From: Bacilli bacterium
GTDB taxonomy: Bacteria > Bacillota_I > Bacilli_A > RF39 > UBA660
Reading direction: 5' to 3'
Length of the DNA stretch: 64,000 bases
Assembly (NCBI GenBank): GCA_017512495.1
Contig: JAFWGF010000049.1
Location: 5,267-69,266 of the forward strand
The position numbers and the translations under genes were made by a program. This document shows positions 9,634 to 20,551 of this stretch, piece after piece (the stretch's first letter is position 1; the number at the start of each line of letters is the position of its first letter). Below the pieces are notes generated by a model. It saw only the letters and a program-made list of their open reading frames with translations. It was not told the origin of the DNA and searched no databases.

Positions 9634-10216
9634 AATAACTGTTGTTAGATTAATATTAACAGTATTTATATTATTATTACTATGGGATGCTTTATTTTCC
9701 CTAATTGGATTTAATTTTCCAAAGTATAATGTTAATGGTGTATTAGTTCAAACAAATTATATAATTGCCGGAGTAATATTTATTATTGCTAGTTTAACAG
9801 ATTTCTTAGATGGATATCTTGCTCGTAAGAATAATCAAGTAACAGATCTAGGTAAAATGTTAGATGCTATAGCAGATAAAGTATTAGTAAATCCAGTATT
9901 AATAGTATTAGCAGCTAATGGATTTATACCAACTATAGTTCCTGTTATTTATGTAACAAGAGATATTGTAGTAGATGCTATTAAGATGCAAGCTGCTAGT
10001 AAGGGTAAAGTACAAGCAGCTATTAAATCAGGTAAATATAAGACTGCATGTATGATGGTAGGAATCTGTTTAGTTTTCTTCTATAATATTCCATTTGAAT
10101 TTTTAAATATTAATGTAGCCTATGGATTATTATACTTAGCATGTATCTTATCAGTAGTAAGTGCTATAGAATATTATGTTATAAATAAAGCATTACTTTT
10201 TGGAAAAAGTGAATAA
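9617..10216 (+). CDS. pgsA: CDP-diacylglycerol--glycerol-3-phosphate 3-phosphatidyltransferase
   Basis: CDP-alcohol phosphatidyltransferase motif DxxDGxxAR...G...D...DK. RBS GAGAGGAG. Confidence 0.85.
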   Translation: MNLPTKITVVRLILTVFILLLLWDALFSLIGFNFPKYNVNGVLVQTNYIIAGVIFIIASLTDFLDGYLARKNNQVTDLGKMLDAIADKVLVNPVLIVLAANGFIPTIVPVIYVTRDIVVDAIKMQAASKGKVQAAIKSGKYKTACMMVGICLVFFYNIPFEFLNINVAYGLLYLACILSVVSAIEYYVINKALLFGKSE

Positions 10217-10242
10217 TTAAAATTTAGATTAATAATTAATTG

Positions 10243-10280
10243 AAAAACCTCTTTTCTTTTAGAGGTTTTTAATTTTTTAA
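10243..10280 (+). terminator. Intrinsic terminator after pgsA
   Basis: aaaacctct...agaggtttt hairpin followed by a T-run. Confidence 0.6.
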
Positions 10281-10305
10281 GAAAAATAATAAGTGTAAAA
10301 TTATA

Positions 10306-10319
10306 AAACAATTGTTCGA
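10306..10319 (+). promoter_or_regulatory. Candidate LexA (Cheo) box upstream of recA
   Basis: aAACaattGTTCga is close to the Gram-positive consensus CGAACnnnnGTTCG. It overlaps a TTGCAA-17-TACAAT promoter at 10327-10355. Confidence 0.4.
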
Positions 10320-10388
10320 AAAAGTATTGCAATTTAGAAAAATGTATTATACAATTAATTTGTAAGTTATTTACAAGGAGGAAAATAA

Positions 10389-11429
10389 ATGGCTGTAAAT
10401 AAAGATAATTCTAAAGATAAGGATAAAGCTTTAGAACAAGTATTAAATGATATTGAAAAACAATTTGGTAAAGGCTCAATAATGAAATTAGGAGAAAATA
10501 AACACATGAAAGTTGATGTAGTATCTAGTGGTGTTCTATCACTTGATATTGCTTTAGGTGTAGGTGGTTATCCTAAAGGTAGAATTATTGAAATATATGG
10601 ACCAGAATCTAGTGGTAAAACTACTTTTGCACTACATGCAATTGCTGAACATCAAAAACTAGGTGGTAGAGCCGCTTTTATTGATGCAGAACATGCATTA
10701 GATCCTGTTTATGCAGAGAGATTAGGAGTTAATATAGATGACTTATTACTTTCTCAACCAGATACAGGCGAACAAGCATTAGAAATATGTGATGCTTTGG
10801 TTAGAAGTGAAGCTATTAGTATAGTTGTAATTGACTCAGTTGCTGCTTTGGTTCCACAAGCTGAAATAGATGGTGAAATGGGTGATTCTCACGTTGGATT
10901 ACAAGCTAGATTAATGTCACAAGCATTAAGAAAACTAAATGGTACAATTAGTAAGACTAATACTACAGTAATTTTTATTAATCAATTAAGAGAAAAAGTA
11001 GGGGTAATGTTTGGTAATCCTGAAACTACTACTGGTGGTAGAGCACTTAAATTCTATTCAAGTGTTAGATTAGAAATTAGAAGAAGTGAACAATTAAAAA
11101 TGGGTGATGGAGTAGTTGGTAACAAGACAAGTGTTAAAGTTGTTAAAAACAAGGTGGCTCCACCATTTAAATCATGTGTAGTAGATATCATGTATGGAGA
11201 AGGAGTAAGTAGAGAAGGAGAAGTAATAGACTTAGCTAGTGAAGCAGGTATTCTTGATAAAACCGGTGCTTGGTATTCATACAATGGAGAGAAACTAGGG
11301 CAAGGAAAAGAAAATGTTAAATTATTATTAAAAGATACACCAGAATTATGCTCTGAATTAGAAGAAAAAGTTAGAGAGTATTATGATGTTACAATCTCTA
11401 ATAGTAAAGAAGAGAAAAAAGAAAAATAA
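10389..11429 (+). CDS. recA: Recombinase RecA
   Basis: Unmistakable RecA sequence (GPESSGKTT, Walker motifs, L2 loop). Confidence 0.95.
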   Translation: MAVNKDNSKDKDKALEQVLNDIEKQFGKGSIMKLGENKHMKVDVVSSGVLSLDIALGVGGYPKGRIIEIYGPESSGKTTFALHAIAEHQKLGGRAAFIDAEHALDPVYAERLGVNIDDLLLSQPDTGEQALEICDALVRSEAISIVVIDSVAALVPQAEIDGEMGDSHVGLQARLMSQALRKLNGTISKTNTTVIFINQLREKVGVMFGNPETTTGGRALKFYSSVRLEIRRSEQLKMGDGVVGNKTSVKVVKNKVAPPFKSCVVDIMYGEGVSREGEVIDLASEAGILDKTGAWYSYNGEKLGQGKENVKLLLKDTPELCSELEEKVREYYDVTISNSKEEKKEK

Positions 11430-11491
11430 AATATTTTTCTTTTTTTATATGATATAATCTGACTATGCATATATTTTTAGTAGGTGATATT

Positions 11492-12874
11492 ATGAAGATT
11501 AATAAACTATTAGAGACAGATTTAGATATAAATATAAAGGGAATTACTGATGATTCAAGATTAGTAAAAGATGGTTATATTTTCGTAGCTACTAAAGGAT
11601 ATAATGTTGATCATTATGATTATATTGATGATGCCATTAAAAATGGATGTGTATTTTTAGTTGCTGATAGAGAAGTATCTTGTAATATTCCACATAAAAT
11701 TGTGGATAATTTAGATGAGTGTTATAGACAATTATGTTTAAAGTTTTATGACATAGATATTGATGAGTTCAAATTAATAGGTGTTACTGGAACTGATGGT
11801 AAGACAACTACGACTACATTAATAAAAGAATTAATAAAAGATTGTGCTTATCTTGGTACTAATGGATTAACTATTGAAGATAAAACTATTTCTACTAGTA
11901 ATACTACTCCTTGTATTTCTGAATTATATAAAGATTTAAGCTTAGTAAAAAAAGCTAAATTAAATACTGTTTCTATGGAAGTTTCAAGTGAAGCGTTATT
12001 GCATAATAGAGTAGATGGCTTTAAGTTTGATATAATAGCTTTTACTAATGTAACAGGAGATCATTTGAATGTTCATAAAACTTTTAATAATTATTTGAAT
12101 TGTAAGCTTAAATTATTAGATTATTTAAAAGAAGATGGGATCGTTATTGTTAATGGTGATGATGATAATTTACATAATATAAAACATAATAATAAATATA
12201 CTTTTGGTTTTAATACTAATAATGATTTTATTATTAAGGATGTTAAATACGATAATTTGACTAAAATAACAGTTATAAATAAAAAAAATAAATATATAAT
12301 TAATAGTCCTTTAAAAGGAAAATATAATGTTTATAATGTAGTTCTTGCTTTTGTTACTTGTCTACTTTATGGAATAAATGAGGAAACGATTATAGAACGA
12401 ATTAAAAATATAAAGCCAATTAGTGGTAGATGTGAGTTTTTAGATTTTGGACAAGATTTTGATATTGTATTAGACTATGCCCATACAATTAATGGTATTA
12501 GAAGTATCTTAACTGATTTCAAAGAGTATAATTATAATAGAATTATTACAGTAACTGGATGTGCTGGTGGAAGAGAAAAGGAAAAGAGACCTATTATTGG
12601 TAAAATGGTTATTGATAATAGTGATATTTCAATATTTACAATGGATGATCCTCGAAAAGAAAGTGTTGATGAGATAATTGATCAAATGGTAGAAGATGAA
12701 AAAGATTATATTAGAATCATTGATCGAGAGGAAGCTATTCATTATGCTTTCGATATAGCTGAAAAAGGTGATGTAGTATTAATATTAGGCAAAGGAAGAG
12801 ATAATTACATGGCTATCGGCGATAAAAAAATTGAATATAATGACTATACTACTATTAGTAAGTATTTTACGTAA
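11492..12874 (+). CDS. Mur ligase family protein, MurE-like (UDP-MurNAc-tripeptide synthetase type). Contains DDPR near the C-terminus
   Basis: Mur ligase P-loop GVTGTDGKTTT and a MurE-like N-terminal domain. Start moved to ATG 11492 (AGGTGAT RBS). Confidence 0.6.
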   Translation: MKINKLLETDLDINIKGITDDSRLVKDGYIFVATKGYNVDHYDYIDDAIKNGCVFLVADREVSCNIPHKIVDNLDECYRQLCLKFYDIDIDEFKLIGVTGTDGKTTTTTLIKELIKDCAYLGTNGLTIEDKTISTSNTTPCISELYKDLSLVKKAKLNTVSMEVSSEALLHNRVDGFKFDIIAFTNVTGDHLNVHKTFNNYLNCKLKLLDYLKEDGIVIVNGDDDNLHNIKHNNKYTFGFNTNNDFIIKDVKYDNLTKITVINKKNKYIINSPLKGKYNVYNVVLAFVTCLLYGINEETIIERIKNIKPISGRCEFLDFGQDFDIVLDYAHTINGIRSILTDFKEYNYNRIITVTGCAGGREKEKRPIIGKMVIDNSDISIFTMDDPRKESVDEIIDQMVEDEKDYIRIIDREEAIHYAFDIAEKGDVVLILGKGRDNYMAIGDKKIEYNDYTTISKYFT

Positions 12875-12943
12875 AAAAGAAAAACAAGACTTATTTTGGT
12901 AAAAGTAAGTTTTGTTTTTTGATATAATATAATTGGTGATAGT

Positions 12944-14242
12944 ATGCAATGTCCTAATTGTCAAATGAATGTTAGAGAAGGATCACAGTTTTGTATATAT
13001 TGTGGTACACAATTCAGTGGTATTCAAACAAAACAGCCTCAAGTATCAACTAATGCATGTCCTAAATGTAACGCACCTATAGCAGCTGGGGCCCAATTTT
13101 GCACTAATTGTGGGGAACAATTAAATGGAGGCCAAGTACAATCTCCAACTGTACCTCAACCAGTACAAAGTGTAGAACCAGTAGTAAAAGAAACTATTGA
13201 TTATGATAAATACCTTAATGCTTATTTTAATCACAGATACACAGATGTTGCGAAATCAAATTTTTCGATTGGTACATTTTTATTTAGCTTTTGGTGGTTA
13301 CTTATTTATAAATTATATGAAGCAGCTATAAAAATGTTTATAGTCTTAGTAGTTTCTGGTGTTGTTGCAAACATTGTAATTAAAGTAATAGCATTATCTG
13401 GATCTAGATCAATATTAATAATTTTAATACCATTAGTTACTAATATAGCTATATCTGTTATTTATGCACAAAACTTTTCTAGATTACGTATCGAAAAAGC
13501 CAGTACAGATATAGAGAGAATTTTGAGAAGTACTAGCAACGAAGAAGAAAGAATAAAAAAATGTCGTGCAGCAGGAAAGATTAATTATATAATACTTGTT
13601 ATTGTATTATTACCTGTTCTTTTAGTATTACTATCATTCTTTGGGATATTTTCATTTGCATTTGGTCCTGCTAGCAGTATTGAAAAAAGTAGATTGGATA
13701 CATTTAAAGATACAGCCATAATGTATGTAAGAGAAGTTAAAAATACTGTACTTGCTAATGAGTTGAATTGTGGAGTTCCTATAAATGATGCAGAACCGGG
13801 AATATATTACTATTCATTTACCACGGCAAACGGCGATTCAGCAACTAAATTAACAACTTTTGGTGGAAAAACACCATGGAAAAACGGAGATGTTTCAGGA
13901 CAGGTTTATATCTATAAACATCTTACTGAAGATAATAAAACAAAATATGAATATGGTTTAGTCTTTGCAGATGCAGAAGGAAGAGGATTTGGACAGTTTA
14001 ATAATTCTGGTCAAGCAATAAAAATAGTTAGTGAGACAAGTATGTATAATTCTAAACGAGATGGATCAAAATCAGATAATCGTAAGCATTTTTATGAATT
14101 AACGAGTGTTGGAACTAGTCAAGCATTAAATATTGCTCCAGGAAGTAATGCCTTTTGGGATGAGAGAAGATTAAGTGATTTAACTAGTAGTGGTACTACT
14201 AGAATAGTAAAGGCACCAGTAGCATGTGAAATTAATAAATAA
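12944..14242 (+). CDS. Membrane protein with an N-terminal double zinc ribbon, a DUF2628-like TM region and an extracytoplasmic C-terminal domain
   Basis: Two CxxC...CxxCG pairs at the N-terminus. Multiple hydrophobic helices. Confidence 0.5.
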   Translation: MQCPNCQMNVREGSQFCIYCGTQFSGIQTKQPQVSTNACPKCNAPIAAGAQFCTNCGEQLNGGQVQSPTVPQPVQSVEPVVKETIDYDKYLNAYFNHRYTDVAKSNFSIGTFLFSFWWLLIYKLYEAAIKMFIVLVVSGVVANIVIKVIALSGSRSILIILIPLVTNIAISVIYAQNFSRLRIEKASTDIERILRSTSNEEERIKKCRAAGKINYIILVIVLLPVLLVLLSFFGIFSFAFGPASSIEKSRLDTFKDTAIMYVREVKNTVLANELNCGVPINDAEPGIYYYSFTTANGDSATKLTTFGGKTPWKNGDVSGQVYIYKHLTEDNKTKYEYGLVFADAEGRGFGQFNNSGQAIKIVSETSMYNSKRDGSKSDNRKHFYELTSVGTSQALNIAPGSNAFWDERRLSDLTSSGTTRIVKAPVACEINK

Positions 14243-14248
14243 AAAATT

Positions 14249-14274
14249 TAGACCATTTAGATGGTCTTTTTTTA
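14249..14274 (+). terminator. Intrinsic terminator
   Basis: agaccat-ttag-atggtct hairpin followed by a T-run. Confidence 0.6.
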
Positions 14275-14319
14275 TTGGTATAACTAAATTTCTATTAAAA
14301 ATAGGCTCTTTCCTTTCAC

Positions 14320-14348
14320 TTGACAAGGGCATAAAATGCCACTAAAAT
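14320..14348 (+). promoter_or_regulatory. Sigma-A-like promoter for rny (TTGACA-17-TAAAAT)
   Basis: Hexamers read from the sequence. Confidence 0.45.
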
Positions 14349-14392
14349 AGAGGTAGATTAGATTGATACATCTGGTCTAGATGGAGGTATTT

Positions 14393-15946
14393 ATGAATAG
14401 TATAGCAATCTCCATTTTACTTGTAGTTATAGGCCTTGTAGTAGGCTTTGTAATCTCGTTAATTGTTAATTCATTGAGTGGAAATGTTGCTTCAAAGAAA
14501 GCTGAGGCAATGATAAATTCCGCTAAGAAAGAAATTGAAAAATTAAAAAGAGATGCAGCAATTGAGCAAAAAGAAGAAGCTCATAAAATAAAAATGGATT
14601 TGGATAAAGAAATCAAAGAAAAGAAAGATGAACTTAAGGAAAGTGAAAACAGATTATTACAACGTGAATCTAGTATGGATAAACGTGATGAAATGTTTCA
14701 AAAGCGTGAATCTGCACTAGAAGAGCGTGAAGATAAACTATCTGAAAAACAAGAAGAAATCCAAAATGAAAAAAGTAAAGTGGAGGAAATCAAAAAAGAA
14801 CAATTAGAAAAACTTGAAAAGATATCTGGTTATAGTAAAGCTAAAGCTCGTGAAGAAGTAATGAGCATGGTTAAAGAAAATATGACTAAAGAGATATCTG
14901 AGTATATTCGTGAGGCTGAGAATGAGGCTAAGCTAACGGCTGATAGTAAAGCTCGTGAATTAATCGTTACATCAATGCAAAAGTATGCAGCTGATATTGC
15001 AAGTGATCAGACTGTTACTGTTGTTGATCTACCTAACGATGAAATGAAAGGTAGAATTATTGGAAGAGAAGGTAGAAATATTCGTACTATTGAAGCTATC
15101 ACAGGAGTAGATTTAATCATTGATGATACTCCAGAAGCAGTAGTATTATCTAGCTTTGATCCACTAAGAAGAGAAATTGCTAGAGTAACTCTAGAAAGTT
15201 TAATAAAAGATGGAAGAATCCATCCAACTCGTATTGAAGAATTATATGATAAGACTTGTAAAGATATGAAACAAAAGATTATTGAATTTGGTAAAAATAC
15301 TACTTTTGAATTAGGTCTTACAAAGTTTGATCCAGAGTTAATTGAAACTATTGGTAAGTTACATTTTAGAACTAGTTATGGGCAAAATGCTCTACAACAT
15401 TCTAAAGAAGTAGCTGAATTATCTGGAATAATTGCTGGAGAAATGGGAGAAAATGTAGCTTTAGCAAAACGTGCTGGTTTATTACATGATATTGGTAAAG
15501 CGATAGACCATGAAGTAGAAGGTAGCCATGTAGATATTGGTGTAGATATTGCTAAGAAATATCATGAGAATCAAGTAGTAATCAATGCAATTGCTTCTCA
15601 CCATGGTGATACTGCTGCTACATCAGTTATTTCTTCAATCGTAGCTATCGCTGATGCTTTAAGTGCATCACGACCAGGAGCTCGTAATGATTCGTTAGAA
15701 AACTATATTAATAGACTTTCTCAATTAGAAGAGATTGGTAATGAAATCAAAGGTGTAGATAAGACATATGCTGTTCAAGCTGGTAGAGAATTACGTGTAG
15801 TTGTTAAACCAGAAGAAGTAGATGACTTAGAAGCACACAGAATAGCTCGTGAAGTAAAAGAAAAGATTGAAGAAAATATGAAATATCCAGGAACAATCAA
15901 AATCACAGTTATTCGTGAAACAAGAGCATTAGAAGAAGCTAAATAA
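14393..15946 (+). CDS. rny: Ribonuclease Y
   Basis: N-terminal TM, coiled coil, KH domain and HD domain (HDIGK, HH...D). GGAGG RBS 6 nt before ATG 14393. Confidence 0.9.
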   Translation: MNSIAISILLVVIGLVVGFVISLIVNSLSGNVASKKAEAMINSAKKEIEKLKRDAAIEQKEEAHKIKMDLDKEIKEKKDELKESENRLLQRESSMDKRDEMFQKRESALEEREDKLSEKQEEIQNEKSKVEEIKKEQLEKLEKISGYSKAKAREEVMSMVKENMTKEISEYIREAENEAKLTADSKARELIVTSMQKYAADIASDQTVTVVDLPNDEMKGRIIGREGRNIRTIEAITGVDLIIDDTPEAVVLSSFDPLRREIARVTLESLIKDGRIHPTRIEELYDKTCKDMKQKIIEFGKNTTFELGLTKFDPELIETIGKLHFRTSYGQNALQHSKEVAELSGIIAGEMGENVALAKRAGLLHDIGKAIDHEVEGSHVDIGVDIAKKYHENQVVINAIASHHGDTAATSVISSIVAIADALSASRPGARNDSLENYINRLSQLEEIGNEIKGVDKTYAVQAGRELRVVVKPEEVDDLEAHRIAREVKEKIEENMKYPGTIKITVIRETRALEEAK

Positions 15947-15960
15947 GCTTCTTTTTTTGT
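15934..15960 (+). terminator. Terminator overlapping the rny stop codon
   Basis: gaagc-taaataa-gcttc hairpin followed by a T-run. Confidence 0.5.
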
Positions 15961-16002
15961 GGTATAATATAATTATGAATATTAAAAATAGGAGTAAATA
16001 AT

Positions 16003-16290
16003 ATGGCGTTTATGGGATTATTAGTAATAAATGCGATTTTTTTGATATTACTAATGCTAGTTTTAGCTGATTTAGGTTGCTTAATAGCTTTCATAGTCTT
16101 TCTAATATTAACTAAAAAATATGCAAATAAGAAATGGATGAGAATAACTAGAAATATAGTAGGTATAGCCTTCATAATATTAGCAATTCCTCTTATACTA
16201 TTATTCTTTTGGTTAAAACCAGATAAGAAAGATGATTATCATGAAAATCAGACTGATACTTATGAAAACTACAATTATAATGAACAATAA
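16003..16290 (+). CDS. Small hypothetical membrane protein (95 aa, 3 TM)
   Basis: Hydrophobic helices. Promoter TGnTATAAT and an RBS upstream. Terminator at 16289-16320. Confidence 0.4.
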   Translation: MAFMGLLVINAIFLILLMLVLADLGCLIAFIVFLILTKKYANKKWMRITRNIVGIAFIILAIPLILLFFWLKPDKKDDYHENQTDTYENYNYNEQ

Positions 16291-16345
16291 GAGTTATATT
16301 CTTGTATAACTCTTTTTTTATCGAATAATATAATAGGAGGTGATA

Positions 16346-16689
16346 ATGCTAATAAGCTACTATTATTTTGGAATATAGGTAAAATTGTTTATGAGAATAG
16401 GTCTAATTATTTAAATATAGTAGGGAAGTGTTCTACTTATTATTCTTATTTGTTTGGTAATAGTTCGATGTTTACTAGAGAAAATATTTGGTTAATGGAG
16501 AAGTTTTATTTAATGTTTCCAGTATTTTCCCCTAGATTAGAGAATATTACTTGGGAACAATATAAATTACTATTTAATGTTGATAACACTAAAGAAAGAT
16601 ATTTTTATTTTTATATATTGTTATTCTTTAACTTTGATTATGAAAATACTAAGTTATTAATAAATAATAATTATTATTTAAGAATATAA
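16346..16689 (+). pseudogene. Frameshifted, C-terminally truncated remnant of a DUF1016 / YhcG-family (PD-(D/E)XK nuclease superfamily) gene. Only the N-terminal domain remains
   Basis: Strong SD AGGAGGTGA + ATG gives a 10-codon ORF MLISYYYFGI. The +1 frame continues as WNIGKIVYEN...FTRENIWLMEKFYLMFP...LENITWEQYKLLFNVDN...LLINNNYYLR. This resembles the YhcG N-terminal domain (YWQIGRRIV...FSxxNLxYMRQFYLAFP...LSWTHYRLLL...LYYER). The frame switches around 16368 and the PD-(D/E)XK domain is absent. Confidence 0.5.
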
Positions 16690-16712
16690 AAAAGAGAACT
16701 ATTGTTCTCTTT
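16690..16712. terminator. Bidirectional hairpin terminator between convergent genes
   Basis: agagaac-tatt-gttctct flanked by A/T runs. Confidence 0.5.
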
Positions 16713-18381
16713 TAATATCTAATATTACTGGAAGAATAATTGGCTTTCTTCCTGTTAATGTATTTATGTATGGATATAATGCTTCGGTTAGATCTGTTTT
16801 CATAATAGCAAAGGTTGATCTTGGATTAGCTAATGAATTTAAAACAGTTTCTTCTGCTTTAGCTTCTATTTTATGTATTAGTTCTTCATTTTCATTAACC
16901 AAAACAAAACCTCTTGTAGTTATGTTTGGAGTTATCAATAATTCTCTCTTTTTCATATCAACATTTACTATAACAACAAGTATTCCATCCTTAGACATTA
17001 TCTTTCTGTCTTTTAAGACAGCTCCACCAATCTCACCAATTCTATTACCATCGACATAGACATCAGCTCCAGGTTTACTTTCACCTCTAGTTAATACATG
17101 ATTGTTTAAGTTTAGAGTATCCCCGTTTTTCAAGATAAATGTATTTTCTTTAGGAATACCACAACTAATTCCTATATTAGCTTGTTTTTTAAGCATTCTG
17201 TAATCTCCGTGGAATGGCATTAAATACTTAGGTTTGATTAATCTAATCATTAATTTAATTTCTTCTTCATTAGCATGTCCTGATGTATGAAGATCTTGTA
17301 ATACATTATTAGTATATACTTTAACACCTTGTAAATATAATTTATTAATAGTTTTAGAAATACTTAATGCATTTCCTGGAATAGCAGAAGATGAGAATAT
17401 TACTACATCATCTGGTCTTAATTTAATTTGTTTATGAGTACCATTAGCTATTCTAGAAAGAGCAGCTAGCGGTTCTCCTTGACTACCAGTACATAGAATT
17501 ACTACTTCATTTGGTTTCATATTATTTGCTTCTTCAGGAGAAACTAATAGTTCTTTATGATCAATATATCCTCCGTTTAAAGAAATATTAATATTATTTT
17601 CCATACTTCTACCAAAGATACATATCTTTCTATTATATTTAGAACATGTTTCAAAGATATGTTTAACACGATAAATATTTGAAGCAAAAGTAGCAATCAA
17701 TATTCTACTGTTTTTACATTTTTCAAACATTTCATTTAGAGTTTCATCTACTGCAGATTCACTAGTAGAGAAGCCTTCATTTAAAGCATTAGTAGAGTCT
17801 CCTATTAAAACATCTACTCCTTCTTCACCTAAAGAAGCCATTTTATATAAATCGGCCATAGGTCCAATAGGAGTTAAGTCAAATTTATAATCTCCAGTAG
17901 TTACAATCCTACCATCAGGTGTTTTAATACTAATACCATGAGAATCAGGTATTGAGTGAGTTATTTTAAAGAATTCTACCTCTATATCTTTAAATTTTAA
18001 TTTAGTTTTATCAGTATAAACATTTAAATTATCATATCTAATATTTTTATCTTGCAATTTAACTGAGATTAATTCTTTAGCGTGATTAGGCGCATAAATA
18101 GCTGGAATATTAATACTTTGTAGTAAAAATGGTATTCCACCAATATGATCTTCATGACCATGAGTAATTAATAAAGCTTTAATTTTATCTTCGTTTTCTT
18201 TTAAGAAAGTAAAATCAGGTAGAACATAATCTACTCCCATAAGTTCGCTTTCTGGAAAACTTACACCGGCATCAATAATAACGATGGCATCATTATGCAT
18301 TACACAATACATATTTTTTCCAACTTCTCCTAAACCGCCTAAAACAATAATCTTTGTTCCATTGGTTTTATTGTTATTCAT
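16699..18381 (-). CDS. rnj: Ribonuclease J (metallo-beta-lactamase / beta-CASP)
   Basis: HGHEDHIGG motif. 560 aa with beta-CASP and a C-terminal domain. Confidence 0.9.
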   Translation of the reverse strand: MNNNKTNGTKIIVLGGLGEVGKNMYCVMHNDAIVIIDAGVSFPESELMGVDYVLPDFTFLKENEDKIKALLITHGHEDHIGGIPFLLQSINIPAIYAPNHAKELISVKLQDKNIRYDNLNVYTDKTKLKFKDIEVEFFKITHSIPDSHGISIKTPDGRIVTTGDYKFDLTPIGPMADLYKMASLGEEGVDVLIGDSTNALNEGFSTSESAVDETLNEMFEKCKNSRILIATFASNIYRVKHIFETCSKYNRKICIFGRSMENNINISLNGGYIDHKELLVSPEEANNMKPNEVVILCTGSQGEPLAALSRIANGTHKQIKLRPDDVVIFSSSAIPGNALSISKTINKLYLQGVKVYTNNVLQDLHTSGHANEEEIKLMIRLIKPKYLMPFHGDYRMLKKQANIGISCGIPKENTFILKNGDTLNLNNHVLTRGESKPGADVYVDGNRIGEIGGAVLKDRKIMSKDGILVVIVNVDMKKRELLITPNITTRGFVLVNENEELIHKIEAKAEETVLNSLANPRSTFAIMKTDLTEALYPYINTLTGRKPIILPVILDIKREQ

Positions 18382-18505
18382 AAAATCTCCTTTCTTTTAA
18401 TTTTGTAAAGAACTAACTATGAAATTATACTATAAAATTTTTGTTTTGTAAATTGTTGTACAAAAAAAACAAATGTGGTATAGTGTAAACATAGTGGAGG
18501 ATAAT

Positions 18506-18997
18506 ATGGAAGAAAAGAAGAAAAATGGATTGTTAATACCGTTTATACTAGTGTGTTTAGCTTTAATAGGAGAACTTGTGTTTATAGTAATTGATAAAAC
18601 TGGAAGTCATAGTCAAAATACAGTAACAAGGGATTCTGAAACAGGAACTGTTACTTGCTCTGGAACTTACAAAGGAAAAGGCGAAACAGAAAAGGATGTG
18701 TCTGGACAAGATGTTACTGTAGAATATACAATTACTTTATCTGATAAAGGAAAATATAAATATGAATTAAAGTACGGCGAAAATACTAGTACAGATAAAG
18801 GAGATTACGTGATTAAAAACGGTACATTAATTTTATTGCGTAATGTAACTTCTACTAATTCAAGTGGAGAAGAAAATAATATAGTAACTGATGCATACTC
18901 AATAGAAAATGATTGCTCGAAAATTACAGGTACTTATATTGTACCAAAAGAAGAAGGAAGCTTTGAAACAAAAACTTATGAATTAAATAAACAATAG
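18506..18997 (+). CDS. Hypothetical secreted/membrane-anchored protein
   Basis: GGAGG RBS, N-terminal hydrophobic segment. No family recognised. Confidence 0.45.
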   Translation: MEEKKKNGLLIPFILVCLALIGELVFIVIDKTGSHSQNTVTRDSETGTVTCSGTYKGKGETEKDVSGQDVTVEYTITLSDKGKYKYELKYGENTSTDKGDYVIKNGTLILLRNVTSTNSSGEENNIVTDAYSIENDCSKITGTYIVPKEEGSFETKTYELNKQ

Positions 18998-19060
18998 AAT
19001 TGCTTAGGCAATTCTTTTATTTTATAAAACTCTTTGTTATAATACATATAGGTGATTACA

Positions 19061-20266
19061 ATGGGTTTATTTAACAAAATAAAAAATATGTTTAAATCAT
19101 ATGACGAAGAGGAAAAATTAGTTGATGGAGAACAAGAAGAATTAAAAGAAGAATCTGCTGAAGAATCAGAAGAAATTGAAGAAGAATTAGCAGAAGAAAA
19201 AGAGATAGAAGAAGAACCAGTTGATGGACTTAATCCTCTTGCGATAGATCAAGAAGAGCCAACTCTTGAAGTAAAAGAAGAAAAACCTGAGAAAAAAGAG
19301 AAGAAATTATTTAAAAAGAAAGATAAAAAAGAAGAAGAAAAGAAATCAGTTAAGATATATGAAAAAGGTCTTACTAAATCTCGTCAAGGGTTTGTTTCTA
19401 AATTAGCTAATTTAACTAACAAGTATAACAAAGTTACCGAAGAGTATTTTGAAGAATTAGAAGAAATACTAATTATGGCTGATATTGGAGTTAATACTGT
19501 AATGGATTTCATGGACAGATTAAAAGATAGAGTTAAATCTGAAAATATTGAGGATCCTAATGAATTAAAAGAGATAATTGTCGATGAATTGTTTATTATC
19601 TACGTTAATGACGAAGTGTTAAGCAATAAAATCAATTATAATGAAAATGGTCCTACAGTTATCTTATTTATTGGAGTTAATGGAGTAGGTAAAACCACTA
19701 CTATTGCGAAGATTGCTAATAAATTGAAAGATGAAGGAAAGAAAGTCCTAATGGTAGGAGCAGATACATTTAGAGCAGGCGCTGTTGAACAACTTCGTGA
19801 ATGGAGTGAAAGAGTAGGAGTAGGCTTTTTTGGAAAAGAAGGAAGCGATCCTGCTAGTGTAGTATATGATGGAATAACTATGGCTAAAGAAGAGGATTAT
19901 GATATTGTTTTAATTGATACTGCTGGTAGATTGCAGAATAAAGTTAATCTAATGAAAGAATTAGAAAAGATGAATAAAGTCATTGATAATTTAATTGAAG
20001 GTGGAGCAAGTGAAACATTACTTGTATTAGATGCTACTACTGGGCAAAATGGTATTAGTCAAGCTAATGCTTTTAAAGAAATAACTAATATTACAGGTAT
20101 AGTTTTAACTAAATTAGATGGTACTGCTAAGGGTGGTATAGTTCTAGCTATTAAAGAAAGTGTTGGAATACCAGTAAAATACATTGGTTTGGGTGAAACT
20201 AAAGATGATTTGCAAACATTTGATATTGAAAAATATATATATGGTTTGTTTAAGGATATGATGTAA
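19061..20266 (+). CDS. ftsY: Signal recognition particle receptor FtsY
   Basis: Acidic N-terminal region, NG domain with GVNGVGKTTT and DTAGR. Start moved to ATG 19061. Confidence 0.9.
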   Translation: MGLFNKIKNMFKSYDEEEKLVDGEQEELKEESAEESEEIEEELAEEKEIEEEPVDGLNPLAIDQEEPTLEVKEEKPEKKEKKLFKKKDKKEEEKKSVKIYEKGLTKSRQGFVSKLANLTNKYNKVTEEYFEELEEILIMADIGVNTVMDFMDRLKDRVKSENIEDPNELKEIIVDELFIIYVNDEVLSNKINYNENGPTVILFIGVNGVGKTTTIAKIANKLKDEGKKVLMVGADTFRAGAVEQLREWSERVGVGFFGKEGSDPASVVYDGITMAKEEDYDIVLIDTAGRLQNKVNLMKELEKMNKVIDNLIEGGASETLLVLDATTGQNGISQANAFKEITNITGIVLTKLDGTAKGGIVLAIKESVGIPVKYIGLGETKDDLQTFDIEKYIYGLFKDMM

Positions 20267-20551
20267 ATGGAAAAGAAAAATAAAAAGAAAAGTAAAATTA
20301 ATGAGTATAATATTTTAGGAATTAATGTACAAATAGTTTTAACTATTATAGTCTGTATATTTGGACTACTTAGCCTAATTGTTAGTTCAAAGTTTCTAAA
20401 GTTTTTATATTTGTTTATTGGATTAGATTTACTTATAATGGGCTATAATAATGAAAGAATCTTCAGAAAAGAAGGTTTAACGATATTTTATATGATTTCA
20501 GGAATAGTTTTAGTAATTTATTCAATATTAAAATTTATAGGGGTGTTATAA
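20267..20551 (+). CDS. Small hypothetical membrane protein (94 aa, 2-3 TM) between ftsY and ylxM
   Basis: Translationally coupled (TAAATG) to ftsY. Hydrophobic. Confidence 0.45.
   Translation: MEKKNKKKSKINEYNILGINVQIVLTIIVCIFGLLSLIVSSKFLKFLYLFIGLDLLIMGYNNERIFRKEGLTIFYMISGIVLVIYSILKFIGVL

Noticed and set aside
16450-16689. 79-aa ORF taken as a stand-alone CDS.
   Set aside because: I reinterpreted it as the downstream frame of a frameshifted DUF1016/YhcG N-terminal remnant. It has no RBS of its own, odd composition, and similarity that continues upstream in another frame.
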